A DNA stretch of 64,000 nucleotides from a virus: positions 13,526 to 77,525 of IMG/VR virus record IMGVR_UViG_3300032605_000009, one strand, 5' to 3'. The notes under the pieces are model-generated. The model was not told where the DNA came from. It was given only the letters and a program-made list of their open reading frames with translations, and did no database searches. Positions 48,880 to 57,035 of this stretch are shown piece by piece; positions within the stretch are counted from its first letter, which is position 1; the number at the start of each line of letters is the position of its first letter. The position numbers and the translations under genes were made by a program.

Positions 48880-49067
48880 ATGAGTTAGACCTACCACGGC
48901 CCGAAGACGTTAACTTCGGAGGCATGAGGCGCAAAGAGCAGACAGCCTACTACCATGAGCGAGTCAGAGAATTACTAAGCCTGGTTTTAGAGTCAGATGA
49001 TTTGCCCGAGAAATTTCGCCACGCATTAGAAATAATTAATGACTACACCTTCTACCTAGGAGACTGA
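48876..49067 (+). CDS. Hypothetical protein
   Basis: TTGA overlap coupling. Confidence 0.55.
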   Translation: MNELDLPRPEDVNFGGMRRKEQTAYYHERVRELLSLVLESDDLPEKFRHALEIINDYTFYLGD

Positions 49068-49068
49068 T

Positions 49069-49218
49069 ATGCCAGAAGAGTTTGAAGAGGACCTATTCGA
49101 TGAAGACCTCTCTGAAGAGGGCATTGATTGGGAAGATGACTGGGAAGATATGGAGCCTCTAGACGAGAGCTTATTCGAGGATGAGCTCGAGGACGAAGAG
49201 GACGATGAGGTCGATTAG
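49069..49218 (+). CDS. Extremely acidic microprotein (49 aa)
   Basis: AGGAG SD; 30 of 49 residues are D/E, no K/R; not in ORF track. Confidence 0.65.
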   Translation: MPEEFEEDLFDEDLSEEGIDWEDDWEDMEPLDESLFEDELEDEEDDEVD

Positions 49219-49423
49219 AGAGTTAAAGCCAGACTACACGGGCACCATGGACTACGCAGAGGTCATCTGCCATGAGTGCCCTAAGTGTGAGTCTAACCTC
49301 TGGAACCTCAAGGTATCCTTTGAGGACTACAAGATAGCCACATACCTTTTGGAGATGGAATGTGCCATTTGTGGATCGTATGCCACGGCTCCAACCTTGG
49401 TGGATAAACCTAACACTCTGTGA
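49205..49423 (+). CDS. Zinc-ribbon protein
   Basis: CPKC...CAICGS..TAPT motif. Confidence 0.65.
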   Translation: MRSIRELKPDYTGTMDYAEVICHECPKCESNLWNLKVSFEDYKIATYLLEMECAICGSYATAPTLVDKPNTL

Positions 49424-49460
49424 GGTTTAGGCTGAAAAACCTCACATAAAACCTCACACT
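49419..49460 (+). promoter_or_regulatory. spoVS promoter with three AAACCTCACA boxes
   Basis: Inverted box at 49419-28, direct boxes at 49437-46 and 49449-58; overlaps GTTTAG-N24-CACACT. Confidence 0.6.
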
Positions 49461-49503
49461 TATTAGACCGTAGTACTAATCGTCTAATATATAAGAGGTC
49501 TAA

Positions 49504-49791
49504 ATGTCTGAAGTAACCCCTGCTCCAGAGGAGCAATTCCTGCGTGTTTCAGCAGGTTCTAATCCACAGGCTGTAGCATCGGCTATCGCCCACTCAATCT
49601 ATGAGACTCGCACCTGTAAAATTCGTGCGGTTGGCGCTGGTGCCGTTAATCAGGCTACTAAGGCTATTGCCATTGCCCGAGGATATACGGCCCCTAGAGG
49701 TATTGATATCGCCTATGTTCCAGGCTTTACAACCATCCAAAGCCATGACGGCGAGATTTCAGCGATAGTTTTAACCGTTATTGTCCTGTAA
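49504..49791 (+). CDS. spoVS: SpoVS-family (Alba-fold) protein
   Basis: LRVSAGSNP..VA.AIA, AVGAGAVNQA.KAIAIARG..AP.GID, P.F, SAI: near-canonical SpoVS. Confidence 0.9.
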   Translation: MSEVTPAPEEQFLRVSAGSNPQAVASAIAHSIYETRTCKIRAVGAGAVNQATKAIAIARGYTAPRGIDIAYVPGFTTIQSHDGEISAIVLTVIVL

Positions 49792-49832
49792 GGCTGATAC
49801 AGTTATTTAACCCCCTTTGCAAAGGAAATCAT

Positions 49833-50159
49833 ATGTCAGAGAAAGAACCAAAGAGCGCGTTTTCAACCATGGGAACTAGCGCCTCATCAGGATTCAAGGA
49901 CGCCTCAGCTGAGACCTCTAAGAACACCAAGCTAGTTAAGAAGGGCAACGCTGCAGCAGGAGACCCATCCCGCGAAGCTAAGCCAGCACGTAAGGAAAGC
50001 CTTCGTGAGAAGCAAGGTGCACGTTACGCAATTCGCGTAAAGCTACCTGGTGGCACATCTCCAGAAGCAGGACAGACACAGGCTAATGGACGGATCATTC
50101 CTCCAGCAGTCAACCGTACAAAGCCTAACTTCTCAGATGGAATGGCTGATCACAACTAA
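49833..50159 (+). CDS. Hypothetical basic, low-complexity protein
   Basis: AAGGA SD; own promoter GTTT(49768)-TACAGT(49798). Confidence 0.65.
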   Translation: MSEKEPKSAFSTMGTSASSGFKDASAETSKNTKLVKKGNAAAGDPSREAKPARKESLREKQGARYAIRVKLPGGTSPEAGQTQANGRIIPPAVNRTKPNFSDGMADHN

Positions 50160-50174
50160 CATCTAGTTTTACCT

Positions 50175-50204
50175 AAGGCCCCTAGCTAACGCTGGGGGCC
50201 TTTT
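50175..50204 (+). terminator. Rho-independent terminator
   Basis: AAGGCCCCTAGC-TAAC-GCTGGGGGCCTT followed by TT. Confidence 0.8.
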
Positions 50205-50240
50205 GCATGCCATGCAAGATTAAAAAACAGTTTCGTGTTG

Positions 50241-50270
50241 TTGTCCAAACGTTTCAATATGTGTTATGAT
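50241..50270 (+). promoter_or_regulatory. Sigma70-type promoter
   Basis: TTGTCC-N18-TATGAT in an AT-rich intergenic region. Confidence 0.45.
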
Positions 50271-50304
50271 TAACATGCAACTGTCCACTAGATGAGGGAA
50301 ACAC

Positions 50305-50559
50305 ATGGATACAGCATTAAAAGCCGAATTCGCATCAATCCTAGCAGGGGCCAAGCGCTGTCCTGTAGGTCAGTGGTTAGACACACTAGACAAGGAAGAG
50401 CGCGAGTTCTTTGATAAAGACATTCTGCCCACTCAGACACGACGCCAAGCACTGCTGGAAAAGTTACAGGAAGTCTACAAAGTTGACTTCAGCGTATCTG
50501 CACTACGCAGCCATGGCCTCAAGATCTGTTCCTGCCATAAGACTAAGGATAAAAAATAA
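50305..50559 (+). CDS. Small putative DNA-binding protein
   Basis: C.VG.WL..L ... S.SALRSH...CSC; coupled to the phosphoesterase. Confidence 0.6.
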   Translation: MDTALKAEFASILAGAKRCPVGQWLDTLDKEEREFFDKDILPTQTRRQALLEKLQEVYKVDFSVSALRSHGLKICSCHKTKDKK

Positions 50560-51566
50560 TGCCAATAACCTCTGACGTCCGTATGGAGTTTCTTAAGCTC
50601 CTAACTTCGGATGTAGAACGACCTATTGACTTTCAACAAGTAGTGCCAAGTAGCCTAACTGTTAAGTCAGTGTCATATAAGAAAAAGACCACCGACATGA
50701 AAGTGGCTTTACTAGTCCCCGATACCCAATTTGGTTTTCGCATTGACGAAAACGGCGTGGCTGACCCATTCCACGACGAGCGTGCCCTTGACGTATACAG
50801 CCAGATCATGGCCTATGTCCAAGAGACCTACGGCATTGACAAGATTGTAAACCTCGGCGACACAATTGATATGCCGTCAGTAAGCAAGCACCTACAAGAA
50901 ACCGCGTTTCAGAATGCGTTCCAAGCATCCTTGCAGGCTGGCTACTTATTTCTTGCAGAACAGCGTGCAGCAGCCCCTCAGGCTGAGATCGTATTCCTAG
51001 AAGGTAACCACGACTGCCGTCTTTATAAGTACTTACTTAACAATGCGCCACAGGCAGCAATGCTGAAGCGTGCTGGTGGTATTGATCGCTGGCCTGTTAA
51101 TAGCCTGCCTCACCTACTACGCATGGATGAGCTTGACGTCATCTATGCAAGTGGCTACCCAGCAGGTGAATACCGCATTGTTGGAGATCTTATTGCAAAG
51201 CACGGTGATATTGCCAAGAGCAACGGGTCTACCGCAAGCCAGCACCTTAATAAGAACCATACTATTTCTACCGTTTTCGGACATACGCATCGTATGGAAA
51301 TCGCCTACCACACTAGCCACCATCCAGATGGAGCCAAGCGCAGCGTAGCGTTTAGCCCAGGTTGCCTATGCCGTGTAGATGGCGCAGTCCCATCAGTAAA
51401 GGGCGGAACAACCCCTAATGAAAAGGCTGTCCAATACTGGGAGAACTGGCAGCAGGGTCTAGGCGTCTGTTTCTATACAGAAGACGGCCGTTTTGACATC
51501 AAGCCTATCCACATCCTAGATGGCTGGGCCTTCTTCGAGGGTATTGAGTTTAGAGCCTCGAACTAA
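50559..51566 (+). CDS. Calcineurin-like metallophosphoesterase
   Basis: PDTQ, LGD.ID, GNHD, HGD, GHTHR motifs. Confidence 0.88.
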   Translation: MPITSDVRMEFLKLLTSDVERPIDFQQVVPSSLTVKSVSYKKKTTDMKVALLVPDTQFGFRIDENGVADPFHDERALDVYSQIMAYVQETYGIDKIVNLGDTIDMPSVSKHLQETAFQNAFQASLQAGYLFLAEQRAAAPQAEIVFLEGNHDCRLYKYLLNNAPQAAMLKRAGGIDRWPVNSLPHLLRMDELDVIYASGYPAGEYRIVGDLIAKHGDIAKSNGSTASQHLNKNHTISTVFGHTHRMEIAYHTSHHPDGAKRSVAFSPGCLCRVDGAVPSVKGGTTPNEKAVQYWENWQQGLGVCFYTEDGRFDIKPIHILDGWAFFEGIEFRASN

Positions 51567-51590
51567 CAAAAGGCCACGTATCATAGATAC

Positions 51591-52124
51591 ATGGCCAGTG
51601 CACACCAAAATATCCAGTCGCTCGGCGCGAACGGCATGTATGGCACCAACACCGTTTATGGTGGTGGAGGTCAAGCAGTCGCTCGCTCCGAGCTTGACTA
51701 TTTACGCATTGGCATTGGTCAAGAACCAAGTGCTCAATATCCAGATGGCTACCTAGGCACAATCCGTTCACGTCGTGATGATCGTGGCCGTCCAGCAAGC
51801 GCGTCAGACAAAATGCTTGACAGTCTTAAGACACGCACTGGGCAGCGTTCATACCAACGCGGCGTTCACAAAGGTGAGCGAGTAGATCCAGGCGATTACT
51901 ACTACCCATCTCGTTTAGAACCTGACCGCGGTATCAAGCGTCAGATGAAGAGCGTTCGTCAAGGCAACGTTATGATGTCTAAGAAGAACACACAGGATGT
52001 GCGTCTAACACCTGCGCCACATCTAGTTAATGATGGTAAAGCAAATATGCGCAGCACATCTCCAGGTGAAATCAATCAGCGTCGTGTAGATCAGTTCGCA
52101 CGTATGCGTCCAGGTTGGAAGTAA
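51591..52124 (+). CDS. Hypothetical Arg-rich protein
   Basis: YPDGYLGTIRSRRDDR, SYQRGVHKGER; leaderless TATCAT-N6-ATG. Confidence 0.7.
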   Translation: MASAHQNIQSLGANGMYGTNTVYGGGGQAVARSELDYLRIGIGQEPSAQYPDGYLGTIRSRRDDRGRPASASDKMLDSLKTRTGQRSYQRGVHKGERVDPGDYYYPSRLEPDRGIKRQMKSVRQGNVMMSKKNTQDVRLTPAPHLVNDGKANMRSTSPGEINQRRVDQFARMRPGWK

Positions 52125-52127
52125 GAC

Positions 52128-52319
52128 ATGGGCCTTTTTAGCAAACCTAGCAAACCACAGGGTCAAAGTCTGTTCAGTAGTAACCAGAACGATGAGCCTA
52201 TTCGTACCCGTTTTGATGAGTTCCACGGAACACTTGCAGACATAAAAGCAACACCAAAGACAGATAAGTTTGCTCCAGACCCACGTCTAGAGTCACTCAA
52301 TAGCAGGGTATTTTTCTAA
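52128..52319 (+). CDS. Hypothetical protein
   Basis: ORF in tightly packed operon. Confidence 0.55.
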   Translation: MGLFSKPSKPQGQSLFSSNQNDEPIRTRFDEFHGTLADIKATPKTDKFAPDPRLESLNSRVFF

Positions 52320-52678
52320 TGCCAGACATGGCAGACGGCGTATACAGCCGTAAACCATGGGTTTCGCCTCCTACGGCAGCCTACCCACCTCAACAATATT
52401 TAGGGCCATTTCCTAGCAATCAAGAACGCTTACTAAGCCAAGCACTAGCCTCACAGACAATGTTGGGGCCAGAGTTGCAGCAATTTGTACGTCCACCACT
52501 ACCTCAGGTTGAGTTATTTCCGCCTAAATACGGGTATACCACCACAGAAATCGGTATCAGAGACATAATTGAGTTACCTGGTAGAGCCCAGAACCCTCAG
52601 CGTGTGGAGTCAGACTTCAGTCAGACACCTAACACAACTGAGTCTACAAGTCGTAACGATCTCGGAGGTAGCATCTAA
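52319..52678 (+). CDS. Hypothetical Pro-rich protein
   Basis: TAATG coupling. Confidence 0.65.
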   Translation: MPDMADGVYSRKPWVSPPTAAYPPQQYLGPFPSNQERLLSQALASQTMLGPELQQFVRPPLPQVELFPPKYGYTTTEIGIRDIIELPGRAQNPQRVESDFSQTPNTTESTSRNDLGGSI

Positions 52679-52944
52679 TGGCTAACGATAGAGCAAATGA
52701 CCCACGCAGAGTGTACACCTCCCCAGGCGGAACTATGGAAGACGAGAACGCACAGCGTAAGTTTTCTGCACACGGCTTCAACAAAGGTAAAGCTTCCGAC
52801 ATGGCTAAAAATGTAGTGGACAACGCAGTTACGGCATTTAAGAGTACTAGTGGTTTTGCCCGCAGTAACCGACGCCAACACAAGAGCAATCTACTTCAGC
52901 GTGGAGCTACCACAGCAGCTCAAAAGAACCAAGGTGTTGTGTAA
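52678..52944 (+). CDS. Hypothetical protein
   Basis: GGAGG SD, TAATG coupling. Confidence 0.65.
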   Translation: MANDRANDPRRVYTSPGGTMEDENAQRKFSAHGFNKGKASDMAKNVVDNAVTAFKSTSGFARSNRRQHKSNLLQRGATTAAQKNQGVV

Positions 52945-53174
52945 TGGTTAAAGACCCAGGTCTAATGACTGACTCAACAGGTGATGGCATCTACGGCAAC
53001 ACAGATGTTAAGTATTCAACACAGCAAGCGATGAAGAACACAGTTTATAACGGCTCAGGTAGCTGTAAGGACTGCGGTTACCAGATTCAACCACAAGACG
53101 CACTATACACACAGCTTTGCCCGTCTTGCACTAAGGCGAAGGCAATGAAACAGATGAAAGGACGAATGGTATGA
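52944..53174 (+). CDS. Small zinc-ribbon protein
   Basis: CKDCG...CPSC motif. Confidence 0.65.
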   Translation: MVKDPGLMTDSTGDGIYGNTDVKYSTQQAMKNTVYNGSGSCKDCGYQIQPQDALYTQLCPSCTKAKAMKQMKGRMV

Positions 53175-53380
53175 CTGTTCGTAAAGCTATGTCAGAGAAC
53201 GCTGCACTCGAAGAGGGTGCCACAGACGGCAAATACCGTAAGCGTCGTCCTAACACAACTGTTGCACCAGCAATGGGCGATCAATTGGTTGTAAAGAACC
53301 GCGATGGTTTGCATCCTTATTGGAACTATGGTTTTTCTAACAGCGAAGAGCCTAACAAAGTAAACCCAGGAGCTAACTAA
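53171..53380 (+). CDS. Hypothetical protein
   Basis: ATGA coupling; EGATDGKYRKRRPNT motif. Confidence 0.65.
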   Translation: MTVRKAMSENAALEEGATDGKYRKRRPNTTVAPAMGDQLVVKNRDGLHPYWNYGFSNSEEPNKVNPGAN

Positions 53381-53381
53381 C

Positions 53382-54464
53382 ATGGCTAAGAAGAGTATTA
53401 CTAAAGGCTCACAACCTAACTTCGTTACTGAGAAGCTAGCTAAGAAAGAAGCAGCACGTCCTAAGGGCGATGCTAAAGTTGGCGTTACTAAGATGTCACC
53501 TGCTCTAGGTGAGGTCTATCTAGATAAGGAAAAGCTAGCAAAGCCAATGAAGGCAGTAAAGCCTTCTGGTTCAGCAGCCTCAGCAGAAGCATTTACCAAG
53601 TCACGTTCAGGTGTTAGCACCGTACGTTCAATTGGCAAGGCCGTTAAGCAAGATGCAAACGTTATTGCAGAGCGTCGCATTGCTGGGTCATCTAACCCAG
53701 AAGCAACAGCCCGCACAATGGCTGCTCAGACTGATATTGACAAAGAAGCAACATCTGGTGCATGGGGCAAGGCTCCATCACGTGCAAAGCGTACAGATAA
53801 GACACCTCGTCCCCTAAGCACAAAGGCAGAACGCCGCGATTTCCCATCACTTGGTGACGCAAAGATCGGCGAAGTTGAGATTCCAAAAGGTGTTGCAAAC
53901 CCAACATCAGCATCAAAGACAGGCGCACGCTCTATCGGCGACATCACAATTAGCGGTGAGACACGCGGACTAGGTGGACGTAACGCCCGTGCAGGTAAGA
54001 AGGTCACCCGTACAGCACAACTTACTGATCCAGTAGAACGCGTACGCCGTAACCGTATTATCGCAACTGCTCACGCAGATACCCAAAAGTTTACAGAGCA
54101 CATGGCCAGCGACCACGGCCGCTCATTGTCACATGCAAACGCATTGAAAGAGAAGATCCACGGCTCACTTGCTGGCATGGAGGTCTCAGACCTACACGGC
54201 CTACAGGTTCCTTGCATTGGTTCAGATTGCCGTCGTACTGTGCCTGCAACATCAGAGTCACTAAAGTGTGAAGGCTCATGCTCTACACACCCAGCTTCAG
54301 CATCAGCTCGTGGTAACTTAGGACGCAGTTCTGAAAAGGATCTAGCTCGTAACGGGGCTGGTACCACACCAGTACCAGCGCCATCAGGCCGTTCAGCAGG
54401 TACAGGCATCCCATGGATGCACCTTCCTGCGTCAAAGCGTGAAATTCGTGAGGCTGGCGAGTAG
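53382..54464 (+). CDS. Basic, largely disordered hypothetical protein
   Basis: 360 aa, K/R/A/S-rich; AGGAG SD. Confidence 0.65.
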   Translation: MAKKSITKGSQPNFVTEKLAKKEAARPKGDAKVGVTKMSPALGEVYLDKEKLAKPMKAVKPSGSAASAEAFTKSRSGVSTVRSIGKAVKQDANVIAERRIAGSSNPEATARTMAAQTDIDKEATSGAWGKAPSRAKRTDKTPRPLSTKAERRDFPSLGDAKIGEVEIPKGVANPTSASKTGARSIGDITISGETRGLGGRNARAGKKVTRTAQLTDPVERVRRNRIIATAHADTQKFTEHMASDHGRSLSHANALKEKIHGSLAGMEVSDLHGLQVPCIGSDCRRTVPATSESLKCEGSCSTHPASASARGNLGRSSEKDLARNGAGTTPVPAPSGRSAGTGIPWMHLPASKREIREAGE

Positions 54465-54515
54465 TACTAAACTACTGATACACTTTACTAACTGACTACT
54501 TATTAGGAGCACAAA

Positions 54516-55049
54516 TTGGCGGTAGATCTTAAAGCGCTGGCTGAAAAGGAACGCAATGAACAGCAGATTCGTCTGCTTATTTGCCGTACCTGTAAGTCTA
54601 TTGACGAGTTGCCAGATTTCGATGGCCCAGCCGAGTACGATACAGTCCTTCAGGTAGCGGTAGAAAAGCATCAGAAGCCCGAACCTCATCTCGGGCTTCT
54701 TATGAAGTTCCCATTAAAGTACTGGGCTCGCCCAGACGTCAAAGCTGAAGTAATGAAGCAGATCAGCGAAGGTTCATCTGGTCTTGACGTATTTGGTACC
54801 AACTTCTATGACACTAAGTCCACCTTCCACGAAGATGCGATGAAGTGCTACAACCTACACCTACGCCCTACAACATCTTGTGGCGACTACAAATCAGATA
54901 GTAAAGAGCTAAAGCCTGGAACGGCTATGGAGCGCCGCAAGGAAGGTCTGTCAGAAGCCCGCGGCCCTAAGGTCTACCTATGTGATTTCTGCCCTTACAA
55001 GATGATGGTTCAGAAGAAGGCATTCGGAGAAAAAGGTCTATACAAATGA
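54516..55049 (+). CDS. Zinc-binding hypothetical protein
   Basis: CRTC, C...H..P...C, LCDFCP; AGGAG SD before TTG. Confidence 0.7.
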   Translation: MAVDLKALAEKERNEQQIRLLICRTCKSIDELPDFDGPAEYDTVLQVAVEKHQKPEPHLGLLMKFPLKYWARPDVKAEVMKQISEGSSGLDVFGTNFYDTKSTFHEDAMKCYNLHLRPTTSCGDYKSDSKELKPGTAMERRKEGLSEARGPKVYLCDFCPYKMMVQKKAFGEKGLYK

Positions 55050-55315
55050 GCAACGAAGTCGAAACCGCGTTCCTTATCATCCGTCACCCAGACGGCTCAT
55101 ACTCAGCTAAAACGGACATTACGGACACTCCTGAGATTACACGCAAGCCGAACATCTATGACATCAAGCATGGATGCGCGGAGATCCTAGATACCATCAA
55201 ACTGCAGGCTGTCCAGTCAGTAGTTGGCTCTGTAATGACAGAAGTTAGTTCAACTGAGGGCCAGAAGGTGGCCTCTGCTGTGAGACAATCGTTGGTAGAC
55301 AAAGGTCTATTGTAA
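55046..55315 (+). CDS. Hypothetical protein
   Basis: ATGA coupling; ETAFLII..PDGS motif. Confidence 0.65.
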   Translation: MSNEVETAFLIIRHPDGSYSAKTDITDTPEITRKPNIYDIKHGCAEILDTIKLQAVQSVVGSVMTEVSSTEGQKVASAVRQSLVDKGLL

Positions 55316-55329
55316 CGACAGGAGACACT

Positions 55330-55608
55330 ATGACGGCGCCTCGTAAGAAGCCAGCAGATAATAAAAAGTCTGTTGCTAAGAAGGTCGCTGCTCCTAGAAA
55401 ACCTCGAACAGTTAAAGACGAAGAGCTTACTGCTTTAGACATTCATGCAATTCAGTTGTACGAGTTCTACAAATCATTGCGACGTGCTGGGTTTGACCCG
55501 TCAACTGCTATGGGCTTAATTACAGATAAAGATTGCCACCCTCACTGGTTCTCAACCGCTACTGCGGAAGACGTGGACTTGTTAGAGGAAGAAGAGGAAG
55601 ATGAGTAG
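55330..55608 (+). CDS. Hypothetical protein (basic N-terminus, acidic C-terminus)
   Basis: LD.HAI.L.EFYKSLRRAGF motif; AGGAG SD. Confidence 0.7.
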   Translation: MTAPRKKPADNKKSVAKKVAAPRKPRTVKDEELTALDIHAIQLYEFYKSLRRAGFDPSTAMGLITDKDCHPHWFSTATAEDVDLLEEEEEDE

Positions 55609-55622
55609 TTTATACTAGTTAA

Positions 55623-56552
55623 ATGAACTTCTATGATGTAGTTGCGAGCAAAGCAAGCCCTATCGAGCTTGAGCCTGGCCCAGCATCATACTTCAGTGAA
55701 CCTAGTGGTATTTTAGATCCTCGCCTATTTAAGAGTAATAAGATCCGTTCTTCAGTACGCGATGCGATTCTCGCCTCCTTATTCGGGCATCTAGAGCAAA
55801 CATACTCAGATCCTCAATCATGGTGCAACGTATGGTTAGCAGGCTCAGGAGTTTCATATCAGTGGGCTGCGGAGCGTGAACCAGCAGACCTAGACTGCTT
55901 AGTAGGTATCGATTACATTCGATTCCGTCAGGCTAACGAGCGTTACGCAGGCCTTAGCGACCAAGAGATCGCAGCAACATTCAACGAAGGATTCAGCGAG
56001 CAATTAAATAAAGATACTGCTCACTTCCTAGATACATTTGAGTTGACGTTCTACGTTAACGTACGTAGCAACATTGTCGAGATTCGACCATACGCTGCTT
56101 ACAATCTAACATCTGATTCATGGACAGTCCAACCTGTTATCACATCACCGTTTCGTCCTGCGGACTGGGAAAGCAAGTCGGCACGTGACAAGATATTGGC
56201 TGAGGGTATTCTGTCTCGCTATCAAAAAGCCTTGAATGGTATTTCAGCAGCACAGAATGATGCAGCAAGAATTAATGCAGAGTCAGCACTTCACCTAGCA
56301 GTAATGCAAGGCGCTGCATTGTTTGATGACATACATGAAGGTCGTAAGTATGCGTTTAGTCCTGCAGGACAAGGTTACATAGACTACGCTAACTACCGCT
56401 GGCAAGCAGGTAAAGCATCTGGTATTGTTCCCGCACTTAAGAAGTTAAAAGAAGTATCAAAGCAATCAAAGCAAGAGTTTGCTGCTCAAACCTATGGTGT
56501 AGAGTTGCCTGACACGAACACATTGATTCGCCGCGCTATCACACGCAAGTAA
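55623..56552 (+). CDS. Pol-beta-superfamily nucleotidyltransferase
   Basis: LAGS-x12-DLDCLV signature plus a third acid (FELTFYV); leaderless TATACT-N6-ATG. Confidence 0.75.
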   Translation: MNFYDVVASKASPIELEPGPASYFSEPSGILDPRLFKSNKIRSSVRDAILASLFGHLEQTYSDPQSWCNVWLAGSGVSYQWAAEREPADLDCLVGIDYIRFRQANERYAGLSDQEIAATFNEGFSEQLNKDTAHFLDTFELTFYVNVRSNIVEIRPYAAYNLTSDSWTVQPVITSPFRPADWESKSARDKILAEGILSRYQKALNGISAAQNDAARINAESALHLAVMQGAALFDDIHEGRKYAFSPAGQGYIDYANYRWQAGKASGIVPALKKLKEVSKQSKQEFAAQTYGVELPDTNTLIRRAITRK

Positions 56553-56576
56553 CACCTAAGACCACACGGAGCACTA

Positions 56577-57035
56577 ATGGCAATACTAATGTCACTTGAC
56601 GGCGTTATCCGCAACCCTCGGGACGGAGCGCCTATTCGTGATGGCTTACATCTTTATAACCATCTAAATCAAACCAATAAGATTCTGATTCTGGCTGAGG
56701 ACAAAGAGAAGGCCGACCACTGGCTACGTCAGCAAAAGTTGCACAAGTATGACGACATTGTGGACTGGAAGTTGGTACCGCCTGGCGACAATGTTTGGGT
56801 TAGAATGGCTCAGTACATCCGTGCTCAAGGGCCTGTTGATGCCGTAGTTACCGCAGACCTTGACATAGTAAAGCAGTTGATTGAGGTAGGTATAACTTGC
56901 CTAGCCTTCTGCCATCCTACCTATCTAGATTACAAGTTCCGTCCAGACGGCAGAGAAGGTCGCCGTACCTGGGATGAGATCTCAGGAGAGATTGACCGCC
57001 AGCAAGAATTGCTTGCTGAGGACGACCGTCTATGA
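56577..57035 (+). CDS. HAD-fold protein (motif I degenerate)
   Basis: ILMSLDGVI in place of DxDGV; ...PI.DG..LY..L. Confidence 0.65.
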   Translation: MAILMSLDGVIRNPRDGAPIRDGLHLYNHLNQTNKILILAEDKEKADHWLRQQKLHKYDDIVDWKLVPPGDNVWVRMAQYIRAQGPVDAVVTADLDIVKQLIEVGITCLAFCHPTYLDYKFRPDGREGRRTWDEISGEIDRQQELLAEDDRL

